A DNA stretch of 59,076 nt, filler included, from Catajapyx aquilonaris (lineage: Eukaryota): assembly GCA_000934665.2 (NCBI GenBank). It is 4 parts of 4 records of this genome, joined end to end, with 100 filler letters (N's around TTAATTAATTAA, not from the genome) between each part and the next. Parts side by side here need not be neighbours in the genome. Positions count along the whole stretch, not along the records: positions 1 to 14,681 come from JYFJ02007719.1; positions 14,782 to 29,446 come from JYFJ02007720.1; 2 more parts are not named here. One strand, 5' to 3'. Numbering within the stretch: position 1 is the first letter of the stretch; each line of letters begins with the position of its first letter. Position numbers and translations under genes: made by a program. The notes under the pieces were generated by a model. That model was not told the DNA's origin, searched no databases, and saw nothing but the letters and a program-made list of their open reading frames with translations. This document shows, one piece after another, positions 12,820 through 24,867 of the stretch.

Positions 12820-13280
12820 TATATTATTAGTTATTACTCCAAGATGTTGTGTGCATTATGACTGGTGGATCTTGATGTGTTCAGCGTACAACAGATACAG
12901 TAGTGAACATACGCGAAGAGAACGAGCAATATTTGTTAAGTGGAGGTGCGTGCATTGCATTCCCTCTATAATATACACATGGTGATCGGAAATACCTGTC
13001 CGATGGCAGAAAATGCATGATTCTGTCATTCACCTTCGATATAGTAGTTGTTCCAATGACCATTTTGGCAATCGGAAATTCATTGTTAATCAAGAGCTTC
13101 TGCTATGTATAGTTCGATTGTGCTTAATATTATCATCTGATACTTTTGTTAAGAGTGCAATAATAGCAACATTTAATAATAAGCAGCCTGGTTCGAGAAA
13201 ATCGGAAGAGCCAATCTGACAAGACAGTATTCTACTGCTGATCACCCTGTTCCTGTACGTATATTTGTATTGCTGTACAG

Positions 13281-13715
13281 ACAGAGAAGAGATGATGGAA
13301 GATGATGTGGTGTCGTCCAACCGAGCCAGCAAGTTGAATGCTCTGGAGTCAGAGATGATACCAGAGAAGATGCGTGCCCTGGCCAAGGCCCGGGTGGGCT
13401 TGAAGTGCGCCAAGATCAGACTGGAGGTGCTCTCCGTGCAGAATGCCAGGCTGAAGGCCCGCTTGGCCGAAGCCCGCCGCAACTTGCAACAGCCGGGCGT
13501 CGACGGAGGACTTGGCGCTGCTGGTGCTGGCGATGATGAGAACGGCGCCAGTGGGAGTGCCGGCAGCACACTGGAGCTCCTGAGGGAAAGGGCCTGCTCT
13601 GAGGTGGCCGCCTTTTCCGGGTCTTCGGCGGAGACATTTGTAGCCGCAGAGAGACAGGCCGCTCAGGAGCGCATCAGGCACATCAGGGAGAGGCTCATGC
13701 CTGACCTCCAGAAAG
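13281..13715 (+). CDS. Orphan gene exon 2 (predicted coiled coil); gene continues downstream
   Basis: TACAG acceptor (phase 1); GC3-rich frame with LEVLSVQNARLKARLAEARRNL heptads; donor G|GTTCGT at 13716. Confidence 0.6.
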
Positions 13716-13771
13716 GTTCGTTTCATCATACACTCGGCTCATGCTGCGCTGAACTCAACATGTCTCTAACG

Positions 13772-13862
13772 CCTCACATGCGCCACTTGAGATAGGCAAG
13801 AGTGCAGCCATCACTCCGAGTGATGGCTGCACTCTTGCCTATCTCAAGTGGCGCATGTGAGG
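13772..13862. repeat. Perfect 91-bp palindrome (45-bp arms, 1-nt spacer)
   Basis: 13772-13816 is the exact reverse complement of 13818-13862. Confidence 0.95.
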
Positions 13863-14681
13863 GGGGAGGGAGGGGGGAGTCATTGATGCCATGCGTAATC
13901 GCATGCAGTGTTTTCTCTGCAACTGTTAATGCGACATGACGCGAGTTTTTCAGTTAATTTCACTTGCGGATGACTGTGGTCCCATCTCTAATTTCTCTCC
14001 TTGTACCCCAGCCACGCCCCGGACCCCTCATCCCCGGTCCCGTCTCCAATTTCCAAATTTGTGTCCTCTACCTAAGGGCGGAGTCGCCTGAGCTGTTTGA
14101 ATTTTGCGCGTCCCTGCCCACCTGCTGTGAAGTGGCCATCGCGGTGTAGCCAGCTCATCCTGTCTCTCCGGGAGGGAAGATTTTGGCCGGCTGCCAATCG
14201 TGCGCTGCCAGTACTTTCGCACGACATGCATACACTCAAAACATTCACAAAATATTTTGATCAGCGTTGGCCAAATTGAATTTATTATTACCTTAGCTTT
14301 GGAGATAAAACGAAATATCACAACCTGCTTGCTCGACAAAATTGTTTAAAAATGTGATTGATTATTTGTGTGCAAATAGTCCAATCATTCTGACATGTTG
14401 GTGATTCAAAACGACCATTATCATCCTTTTATTGCTTGCGGTTTTTGCTTGGTGGCCATGATTGTTACACAAGGCGAGGAACACTTGTTTCAATTTTAAG
14501 GGTTTGCTGAAGCTGGAATGTACTGTATATGTCCCTATTTTTGTTTCTTTTTCATCATCGTGCGAAAAGAAACATGTTCAGAAATGAATCGCTAATGAAT
14601 TTATTGTTATAGGCATTTTCACTAGAGAAAACTTACTTTACATCGTTTAGGGATTATCCTAAGGGCCGTACGCAGGGGGGG

Positions 14682-14781
14682 NNNNNNNNNNNNNNNNNNN
14701 NNNNNNNNNNNNNNNNNNNNNNNNNTTAATTAATTAANNNNNNNNNNNNNNNNNNNNNNNNNNNNNNNNNNNNNNNNNNNN
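14682..14781. other. Assembly gap with TTAATTAATTAA linker
   Basis: 100-bp N run with a central linker that has stops in all six frames. Confidence 0.97.
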
Positions 14782-15276
14782 TGATGTCAACAGGCTCTTA
14801 GGGTCCAAACGATATGAGAACTACAGGGACATACACCTGTCTGTCGGTCTCGAAGTGCAGTACTCACAGTTGCCGCTCAAAATACAGCGGATGGCCATAA
14901 ATTTGAGGCATGGGTCACCCAAATTAAGAATTGGCTCAAGCCTCATTTGCTTCACCCCAGATATACCATGCTCCTATTGTAATGCAGATGAACCTTTTGA
15001 AGTGTACCATTTACTGTTTGAATGTACGGTCTTCCAATCTATCAAGAAGAAGTTTCTCCCTTACCCCAATATGTACCCGAGACATTATACACACCTAATG
15101 TTCACCCATCTAACCAGCACGGAAATGTTTGAACTATTTAGATTCTTCCAAGCTACGTGCAAGAAGGCCATACTGTAAAATTGATGTATTAGTGCTGTTT
15201 ATTTAAATTGCTGTTGTCTCCCCTCATATAGGCCAGAGGCCTCGCAGGGTACACTAAATAAATAAATAAATAAATA
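14782..15276 (+). mobile_element. 3' end of a non-LTR retrotransposon (LINE ORF2 C-terminus and tail)
   Basis: ORF ending at 15178 carries a CCHC-type knuckle (CSYCNADEPFEVYHLLFEC), followed by a short 3' UTR and a (TAAA)n tail at 15256-15276. Confidence 0.8.
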
Positions 15277-15277
15277 A

Positions 15278-17056
15278 TTCTCCCCATGGCAGCAGCCTCC
15301 ATGGAGATACGAGCCAGGTGGTATCTACATCCCTACCATCTACAAGCAGCAGGAGCATTATAGATGATGCACGTGAGGAACCACTCTCCCCATCACCAAC
15401 CGTGGAGTCGAGGCCATCGTCACCACAGGAGAGCCCAAACCCTCCAATGTAAGCAGGCCATTTTGCACAAGTTCAGAATACCCCAATGAGGAACGTAACA
15501 TGAGTGCATGCTGGTAATTGCAATGGGGCTACACCAGGGAAGCACAAGAAGTGGCCAGAAGTGATCCACCTGCCCAAATTGTCAGCCAACATCACTTGGC
15601 TCGCCACTCTTGCGCACCGTAACACGGGCTCTGTATCAATTCATGACTGACGTGACGATGTAAGTCATGTTTGATGTAACACTGCTGATTGTTATGTACT
15701 GTTTGTCTTCTTACTGTTCTACCATGCAAGGTATCCCGCTGGGGAGCAATACACACAAGTGGCCAAAGAACTTGTCAGGCAGTATCCCCATTGGGCAGAG
15801 AAGACACCCGGAGGAAATGATTGGGTGAGAATAAGTCACGCATAATTTTAATTTGCAGCTGGGGATCATTCCATGGACATTGATACCCGGGGTAGTTTTT
15901 AAGATTTTTTATTTTAAAAAAAAATGGGTAAGCATCAATATTTTATGTAAAGAAGATGCTCTCTCATCTCATGCCTCCTGACTTCTCAATGTCCATGGAA
16001 TGACATGACATCTGGACTTCACACGTGATCAAAACTTGCATCATTAATTTAATTGACATGCTGTTAGTTGCACTATGATGTGTCTGGAAAAATACCTCAT
16101 ATTAGTGCAAGAGTGTTTTTACAAATTCAATGCACTGAAATGTTTTGCTTGATTACTTCTTTAAAAATATTTGATGGGGAAAAATTGACATGCAAATGTC
16201 ACATATGTGATTACGGAATGCCCCAACATTGCATCGCATGGCACGGTACAAATGTACGGGTTACAAGTGAATAAAGTGTAGCAATTATGTACAATTATTG
16301 TTCTGCAGGACACCTGGAGGCTGAGGATCATTGACAAGTTCCGCAATGAGCGGAAGAGGCACTTCCCTCCCAAGGAAGTGACAACACCAAAAAAAGAGAA
16401 GGCGCGAAGGCGCACGAGAGATGTGGTACATCCTGAGGCAGCCAGTGGGAAAGGAGAGGACCTTGGCTCCTTGAAGCGGCATGTGATGTATGAACAATAT
16501 AATTATTCCCTCCTTTTTCTGTAATATTATGATGATGGGACGTTTTCCTTACGTATATATCATTATCAGGCTTGTCAGTGTAGGTTTCTTTTCTGCCAGA
16601 GTGATTCTATAATATGCATACTGGGGATTCCTCTTAGATCTGATGGCAGGGTCCTTCATCGTTACCATATATCTCTATCTCTCCTTCCCCCTCCCCTCAG
16701 GTCTCCCTCAGTCTTGCCATGGCATCATCTCATAAACACCCCAACTGTTAGTTTGACCAAAGAATGGGGCTGACCTAATAATCTGGTAATTGTTGTGTGC
16801 ATTTTCCTCCTTGTAAAAGCATCAACTTGCCCAACATCCTGTAGTAAGGATGCTGGTAACCTAAACTGGAATTATTCAAGTGTGTGTTGTTGGTTACAGC
16901 TGGATGCAGCGTGAGTACACGGAGAGGCAACATTCCATGGAACGAGTTCAGGAATTGATGGCCTTGACGCATCCAGTCCGCCAATTGACCAACAGGTCAA
17001 TCAAAGATTGCTTAGAGGAGTACCCATACTTGGGCAATGCGGAGGAGGCGCAATGA
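15278..17056 (+). pseudogene. SAMD3-like (transposon-associated) gene fragment; exons ~15278..15448, 15731..15824, 16309..16487, 16900..17056
   Basis: Phase-compatible GT-AG splicing gives YPAGEQYTQVAKELVRQYPHWAEKTPGGNDW|DTWRLRIIDKFRNERKR...GEDLGSLKRHV|WMQREY...LMALTHPVRQLTNRSIKDCLEEYPYL, resembling recalled SAMD3-like motifs. Cut at the 5' end by the LINE and truncated at the 3' end. Confidence 0.6.
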
Positions 17057-17329
17057 ATTGACTTTTACCTCTATAAGAGTACGGTCATTTGTTAATTGAA
17101 CCGCAAATTTGAAAAAGGAGGTAAGTCACTATTTTGGCATTTTTGCGATACCACCGCCACAATAATCTCCATCCCAAGACGCACAGAAACATGCAAGAAA
17201 GAGGCTACTCAGCCGAAGCGTTGCGAAAATAGAGGCATCAGAAATATTCGAAACATTGAAGAACGGGTCAACTCAGTGACTTGACCCCTTCTTCCATGGT
17301 GGTAGGCATGAATGGTGTCACAAAGAAAG

Positions 17330-18046
17330 ATGGCTGCCATCATGCTGGAGGATGGAAATGCTGGTGAACAGGGCGATGGCACAAATGGCCATAAAAGGAG
17401 GCGTAAGGAGTACGGAAGGGGCACAATCAAGAAGGCAAAGGTGTCTGAGGACGACCATACCAACCATGTGGGCAGGCTGATGCCAGCCAGATCCACAGGG
17501 GATCCATGTAGGTACGTGATCATGATTGTATAAACATTACAAAAGAGGACGTGCAAAGGGTCATAACAACATAGGACACTCACGACACAATACGCACTGT
17601 GACAATAATATGCTTTTAGGTGCAAGAAAAGGTGCTTTGACAAGTTCGACACCCAGGACTTGGCTGCTGCGATTTCGAAGGTTAATGGCTTTCAGAGGAA
17701 GGGCGAACAAGACATATACCTTCAAACTCTCATTAAATCACACGAAGTGAAGCAGCGACGACCAAGGACAGCAGATTCCAGAGCCAGGGATTGCAGCTTC
17801 ATTATATCATGCTCATTGTGGTTCCACTGCTGTGCAAGTGTGCCAAGCAGCTTTCCTTTCTTTGGATGGGATCTCTAAAAAACGTCTGGAGCGTCTACTA
17901 ATTGGAGGCAAGTAGTGTAGTCTCATAAGATTTTGTCTTTACAGAATGATAATCGTTCTTCCTCATACTGTAATATTCTCACTGCTCTTTTTGTAGGCTT
18001 GTTTCCACACGACCAGCGTGGTCGCCACTTGAGCAGGGGTAATGCC
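17330..18046 (+). pseudogene. Sola-like transposase N-terminal fragment with introns (17512-17619 GT-AG; 17908-17996 GC-AG)
   Basis: TGDPCR|CKKRCFDKF...EQDIYLQTLI...VKQRRPR...(frameshift near 17800)...VCQAAFLSLDGISKKRLERL...PHDQRGRH matches recalled Sola-type N-terminal motifs. Confidence 0.6.
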
Positions 18047-18054
18047 ATGTTTCT

Positions 18055-18298
18055 TGAGGCTAGCCTCCAGAATCCTCTCTCAAACCCAATCATGACTCAT
18101 TTCCAGCTGTTTCAGTGGGGAAAAGATAATATTCCTTCAGTAGCTTTCTTTTATTTCTCAAATGATGACTACTTAGAAGAAGAGAGACTTTTAGCGAGAC
18201 GGTTCGATGAAGCTGCAGCTGTAACAGGGACTCAGAAGTTTCATGCATTCATACCAGTCAGCATAGAAAAAGTGGAGTCTAAATTGTTTTCCGAATAG
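18055..18298 (+). pseudogene. C-terminal fragment of a second (Sola2-like) transposase
   Basis: ASLQ...QLFQWGKDNI...RRFDEAAAVTGTQKFHAFIP motif. Confidence 0.5.
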
Positions 18299-18360
18299 GA
18301 AGATTCTGTGGTTCATTGCGTTCAGAAGAAGCAGCGGGGGCCGTCAAGGGGTACCAAGAT

Positions 18361-18553
18361 AAAGCTGGGAGAGCGATTCAGAAGTTCAGGAGCAATCTTC
18401 CCGGGTGTGACTGGGTCAAGTCATTCCTGTACAGACACCGTAAAGATCTAAGCCGTCGAATGGCCGAGAACTTTTAAAGGGCACGGGCAGTTCAGTGACT
18501 CCACAGACAATAAACGAATACTTCGACAACTTACAGCAAACCCTGGCAGATGT
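18361..18553 (+). pseudogene. pogo/CENP-B-type transposase HTH fragment
   Basis: NLPGCDWVKSFLYRHRKDLSRRMAENF*RARA, then a frameshift to VTPQTINEYFDNLQQTL. Confidence 0.7.
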
Positions 18554-18720
18554 GGCAGGGGAGTGGAGATTGATGCAGTAGTAGATTTGGGGAATACGAC
18601 TCCACTGCATCATGATGCATTCAATGGCCACAAGTACACAGTTTTCCTACTTTTGGTACTGTGGGGGCAGAACATGAATGGAGATACTACTCAAGAGTTG
18701 GCCATGGAGCGAGTACACCA
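18554..18720 (+). pseudogene. Ankyrin-repeat gene fragment
   Basis: EIDAVVDLGNTTPLHHDAFNGHKYTVFLLL...QNMNGDTTQELA fits the G-x-TPLH-x-A-x-x-GH...V-x-LLL ankyrin consensus. Confidence 0.6.
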
Positions 18721-21097
18721 CTCCTTCTCCCTACTTCCGAATGGGAAGGATATTGTTTACGAACCTGAAATGATCCCAAATCAGAAGAAAAATCTGTACC
18801 AAAGCTCAGCATAAATGACATATAAGGTCCCAAGTATTTTTTTTTCTCTGCTTGCATTCTATGCAATTCCTGCCTTATGTACTAATTGATGGAAACACAT
18901 GAAACAATTTGGAAAGGCCATTAACAATGGTTACCCTCCCCAGGTCATCACGTTGAAAGCAGTGTTATGTAACGTCACACGTTTTCCTGGTTATGGCAAA
19001 CAACCACTGCAATCTGGTCTAAGGAGACAATACTCTTGCTCCAATCTTTCATGGTCATTTATCAATGAAAGACGTGATTCCTAAAAAGCTGTACACTTCA
19101 ACAGGAGTATTTTAAAAAACCATTCCCCTGTAAAAAATAACCATTACTGGCACATGGGCCTCTCTGCTATGGCATGACTCATGTGAATAGAGCTTGAGTT
19201 GTTTAACCTTCACCTCATACTTGATACATAGAAAGTTACAGCTACACTTCATTATGTTGCATTTCATTTTCAAGCAAACGAATGCATTCTGCCATCTGAT
19301 GTAATTCTATATCTCAAATACCCTGAGAAATTACATTAGCAAATTCCCAGAGGACACCTGAAGGACACCTGCTTCACTTTGTACATAATTTCGGTGGCAC
19401 TCGAGGTTGCAACAATGTAATCCCCAACTTAATGTTGTAACTGCAACCAGATTGACGTTCAGAGTGTTTGGGACAGTTAGCACAACCATCGCTGGGCATG
19501 AGCATCTGCAGACAGCTCCTGTAAAAGTTATGCAGTTCCTGTGGGTATATCCAGAGTGCATCTCCCAAAACCATTACCAGAGGCAATGCATGGAAGGACT
19601 GCAGACATGACACGGATCGGATAACCCCAGTCTAGCATTGCCAGAAACCAACACTCTATTAGCGAGTACCCAATCGTCCCGTCTAGCACACGCTAGTGGT
19701 CATGAGTACATCTCCAAACGTCACAGTGTTATGGCCAGTCACTCTCACCCAGAATGGGAATCTTCAATCTTTGACGACCTCCGAGAGGGAATAGTTCTGA
19801 CCAGGTAATGTGGTAGGTTACTGCCAACTTAATGCTATAGCATCTGTTGAAATGTGGGAAAGAGATGCTATGAATTATCTTCACATGAACATACTTTACT
19901 GCTGGGATGGGGTAAATAAATGATAGTGTCTGCTTCGCATGTGTTGTACTAATTGCAGTTATTAGCATTGAAACTATAAAAAGTTTAGTGGTCTGGCTAG
20001 ATGCACAGGAAACAACATGTCCAAATCTGATTTGTAATGCTCATTCAACTTGTTTTTCTGCACCAGCACACAAAATTTCCTGTATGATTTTAGCCCAGCA
20101 AAGGAAACATGACCAACCAGCCCATGTGAATTTCCCACATGTGACTTGTTTTTGGAGCATTTTGTATCCTCACACTGGCAGGAACAAGGATGTCCAGTCA
20201 TGTCAAACGATGGCAGCAACCAGGCCCATGGGTCTTCTTCCCAACTGCTACCCTCACGTTGTCCCCACCAGCACCCCGCAAGGGATCTCTTGATGGTTGG
20301 GGGATTGAAGCCCTTCCCTTCCCTCCTTCCCACAGGCCTCCTCTTCATGCCTTCCATCAGGTCCCTCCATACAAGTCACATTCACGAACTTTGGCTTTTC
20401 CATAACAGACACATGTGATTTACATGGTAAGGTTGGTATGTTGCTCCATGAAATTTGTGTGCTTTATTTACAAAGCCCTCACTCTGTCCTTTTCCAAGCA
20501 AATGCAACTACATTGAATAGGGCGAGCTGTTCATTTGTTTGAGTGGTTAGGAGCCACGGCAACTGTGGCTATGTGACTACATAAGTAAACGCTCAGCCGG
20601 GACAGAAATAAGATAACAGAGAGGAAAGACTGGTATCTACATTTGTCTGTCCCCTACCCCAGATTTTCTCATAAAAATAGGGAATGATTGGAATTCAGGC
20701 TCTCTTCCTTTTAGAAGATGCAACGATGTTGCAGCCTCCTCTTGCAAGTTCAGTTTAATGTAGGGTCAGGAAGAAGGCGGCCATTTCAGTGATGTCCATG
20801 ATGACCCGTTGTCAAACGCTGAGGTGCTGCTTTTTCTTGCCATTCCAGAACAGAGTGGTCCTTGGCCACCTCACTGCCATCGACAGGCAAGAGTCTCAAG
20901 TCGCCTGCAGGACTTCTGCCTCAGGATGAAGGGCTTCTTAAGGCGATGATTGTCTGGGCAGCTGAGAATGAAAAGAGCGTCTTAAAAAAATGCATAACTT
21001 CACAGTTTATTTCAAGTTCATGCACAACGTTATACCACATTTTCACATGTTGAGAGGCATGCCGTAAGATTAGAATGAACAGACACTAGGTATTTAA

Positions 21098-22202
21098 GGT
21101 AGTTCTTGCGCTTGGAAACGGAGGGAAGGGGGAGGGGTGTTGAGCCTATGTTTATACATGGGGCGAGCTGGCCAATACCAACTTCTGCGATTGTAAGACA
21201 TTTCTGCTAGTATTTCTCTGAAACAGAGTTTTGAGTACGTGTTTCGCGTCGGATACGTTACATGAACATTTATTTGGGGGATAATAATTATTCCCTCGTG
21301 CACTTTTGTCCTGGAGAAGAGTAGAAATATGGCTGTTCCAAATACCGGAAAAAGTGCGGCAAATCCGGCACCGTTGCATACGTTGGCAGCCCTTATCTTG
21401 CCCTTATCAACAACGTATCGATGTTTCGATGTATCGATATTTCCCCCCAGCGATATATCGAGTTCTCGACTCCGATTATTACATCGATATTTTAATAAAA
21501 TTACAGTGATTTGAGCTTATCAGACATCGATATTTTATAAGTAAACCATCGATATATCGATATCAATACATCGATAGTCCCATCTCCCCCGCCCCATTCG
21601 AACGTGCCTCCTTTGCTGGTAACTCAGGTAACTGTCTAGTCGATCAATAACTTGAGACCAGAGACCAATCTTACATACACAATCATACAGTACCGGACCG
21701 GCGTTTCATTCAGAAACTCCACGGACAACACTTGCACTTCCCTTGTCAGTTACATGCCATTCTGAAACCTAGGCGGCTCGGGATTTTCAAATCCCGAGCG
21801 AAGGCCGCCATGCCTATTGTTGCTTACAGCGTTGCCACTTCGACGCCAACTGTAGAGTCCGCTCCTCACAAAATGACGATTTTCGGGGGAAGGACCAAGG
21901 TGACCCCTATGAAAATCACCACTAAATTAATCTCCCGACTTTCCCCCACATTAATATGGTTTTTTGTTAACATCTGATTATTTTTAAAGAAGCTAGGGAC
22001 ACTTTTCTAGAGGCCCGCAGACCGGCTCCCATAAGGCTCCATGCATAAGGGGCCGCCAGAAGCCCAACTTTGAAAATTAATATCTCGCAAACGAGATAGA
22101 CGAACCTCTTGAAACTTCACAGGAGTATGTGCGACATGCCCAGGAATGGATGGTGTGATTTTCAGGAAATTGTCAATAAATGGACTTAGTGCAAGAACTA
22201 CC
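21098..22202. mobile_element. Kolobok-like non-autonomous DNA transposon
   Basis: TIR GGTAGTTCTTGCGCT / AGTGCAAGAACTACC with TTAA (left) and TTTAA (right) flanks. A second copy starts at 58984 in the opposite orientation. Contains an ATCGAT-rich hAT-like remnant at ~21410-21590. Confidence 0.65.
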
Positions 22203-22255
22203 TTTAAAGTGATTGTTTTTCTCAAGTTGTGACACTTAACTTTATGCATAATAAT

Positions 22256-23590
22256 GGCTGAAGTCAAGTATAATAATAATTAATAATTCATAATTCATAC
22301 CCCGTTATCAGCCATCGGCTCTTTAGGGGGGAAGTTTGTTTTGCCTGGAACTCTTTGCTTTCATTTTACTGTGCTCTTTGGGATAGGATAAGGACGGAAG
22401 GAAGCGGCCCTGGCCTATTAATTACGGAAACAACTCCGGAATTTTCCTGGAAGGACCGTGGGAAACCACAGAAAACCACGGTCAGAGTTGCCGGCCCCGG
22501 GATTCGAACCCAGGACCTCCCGATTAGCAGTCGGATGCCTTATCCACTATGCCAACCAGCCTGGGTTGCTGAAGTCAAGTATACGGGACATTCGCCGAAT
22601 CAATTAGGAAACAGTACCTGCGGCTTGCCGACCCTTTGATTCATTGTTTTGCTTCTGGGGTTGAAGTACGGGAAGTGACCAGGGACCCCGCAATTAATTC
22701 CTCAAGTTGGACCAGAATACACATGGAATCGCATGGAATCATTGTCATCCTAATTGTTATGTCTCAGTTCGAATCGTAAGTTGCTAGGTTACGAATAGCC
22801 TCTTCTAAATTAATACAGATCGGTACAGATTTTGAGGTGATTATAGCATGGAATAGCCCTTTGTCTGGGTGATGCTGTATGGCTTTTTGTAACCGCAACA
22901 GTACTGTACATTGTTGTGGCCCTGCCAGACACGGCACGTCGCCTGTGCTCGATATTTTTAGTTTTTGCGGAGCGATAGCGGAGCTGGGCGCTTATTGTGG
23001 GTTTCTGTATCCGCCTACAATGCGGTCCTCATCGTGCGCCACAGGCCAACGAACGTTGTTGTGGCTTTGTCAAGCGCGAAATTTACCTCCACAGAGTCTG
23101 TTAAACCAACTAATGACAAGCGACGTCACAATCCGCCCGCATCCACCCTACTCTCCCCCTCCAATCATGTCCACGACTCACTCTGCAGACATACTACTGC
23201 TCATGCTCAGAAAACACGGCTGGTGTGACCTCATGTCGTTCTGCAGCAACCATCATAGCATTTAAATTTGCCACCTCCTGCCTAGCACTCCCAATCCCGC
23301 CACGCCGCGTCTCTAGATGCAGATAAACGATGAACTTTCCAGATTTTCATTGTTGCCTAACGCTTTCTTGAGCTGGAATGTTTCTCAGTAACCTAGCAAC
23401 TTACGATTCGAACTGAGAGAAACAATGACACCATCTGTATTCTGGTCCAACTTGAGGAATTAATTCCGGGGTCCCTGGTCACTTCCCGGACTTCAAATCC
23501 AGAAGCAAAACAACGAATCAAAGGGTCGGCAAGCCGCAGGTACTGTTTCCTAATTGATTCGGCGAATGTCCCGTATACTTGACATAAGCC
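22256..23590. mobile_element. MITE with ~150-200-bp TIRs and AT target duplication (ISL2EU/Harbinger-like), interrupted by a SINE
   Basis: Left GGCTGAAGTCAAGTATA[SINE]CGGGACATTCG...; right ...CGAATGTCCCGTATACTTGACATAAGCC; 22575-22720 is inverted at 23436-23585; AT flanks at 22254-22255 and 23591-23592. Confidence 0.75.
22273..22567 (-). mobile_element. tRNA-derived SINE, family A
   Basis: Homologous to 8813-9115; B box GGTTCGAATCC on the minus strand; 16-bp TSD GCTGAAGTCAAGTATA (22257-22272, 22568-22583). Confidence 0.9.
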
Positions 23591-23592
23591 AT

Positions 23593-24867
23593 AATAATTA
23601 ATAAATAATAATTCATACCCTGTTATCAGCCGGCGCACAGTATTTGATATCCGAAAAAACCCGATCGAAAATGCTAGCTCCTCAACTAAACCGTCTAAGT
23701 ACGTAAAAACATATTTACCCATGTTTTAGGGGTCGCTGATTTCGACTTTAAGGTTATTTTGAACCCGCACCTACAGGCTGTACCAAAAAGTCGCTGCTAG
23801 GAAAAAACACTAAGTAGGTGTAAATAACAATTCCCGATGCTTTCGCGGTCACTGATTTTGATTTCAAGGTTATTTTGAACCAAGACCTACAGGGTGTACC
23901 GAAAACACAGTCGAATTTAATAACTTGCAGGATAAATTGTATAAATGATTGCAAATAATGTTCTTAATTAATTGAGAGGGTTACCAATAGAATTACATAA
24001 TTTATTTATTTACTAATTAATTTTTAATTTTCATGGAATAAATTTTTTTTAAGTAGCTTGATTTTTTTGGTCTTCATTTGATAAACCCTATCCTTCAAAA
24101 GCGGCTCCACGAGACTCCATCATGAAATTGCTGTTATGGTGACCTTCAGGATGTACTGTAGCTAGAAAATCATAATCCAGCTGCTAATATCTGCTACCCG
24201 CAACTTCAGAAATGAAAACACATGAGAGGTGCATTCGAGGGAGGTTCAATTTATGTCCTAAACTGAATTTCAAAGATCATTAATTGATAACTTCTACCCT
24301 TTTCAGAAGCACAGTGTGTTTTCTAAAGTTTTGAGTGCCTACATAGCAAAAAACTGCACAATTTAAACAGCAATCGCGATTTTGTGCAGAAACATCATTT
24401 TCAACTACGTCCACTATTTATTCCATGAGGTCTCAAATTTTATGGCATTTTTGGTACAGGGTGTAGGTCCGGGTTCAATGTAGCTTAAAAATAAAAATCA
24501 GTGTCCCCCAACACATTGGAAAATATTTTTTCGCCTATCCGTACGTACAATGTAGATTCTACAAGTTCTTAAATTCGGTGGTATTTTATGGTACACCCTG
24601 TATGTCCTGGTTAAAAATAACCTAAAAATCAAAATTAGGGCCGCAAAGGCATCCAGAAATAGTGTTTTTTCTAAAAGTTCTTAAATTTCATGGCAAATAT
24701 TTGGCGAATTTGTGGCCTATTATTTAGGAAGCAACCCCGGAATTCTCCTGGGAGGATAGTGGGGAACCACAGAAAACCACGGTTAGGATTGCCAGCCCCA
24801 GGGCTCAAACCCAGGACCTCCCGACTAGCAGTCGAACACCTTATCCACTCCACCAAACTGCTTCGGT
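23593..24867 (-). mobile_element. Split family-A SINE (tail 23593-23633, head/core 24714-24867) with a ~1.1-kb inverted-repeat-rich insert
   Basis: Both pieces match family A. The 19-bp direct repeat CACTTAACTTTATGCATAA at 22233-22251 and 24869-24887 is interpreted as its TSD. Confidence 0.7.

Noticed and set aside
14726..14737. TTAATTAATTAA as a biological motif
   Set aside because: Occurs identically in the middle of all three N runs; an assembly linker.
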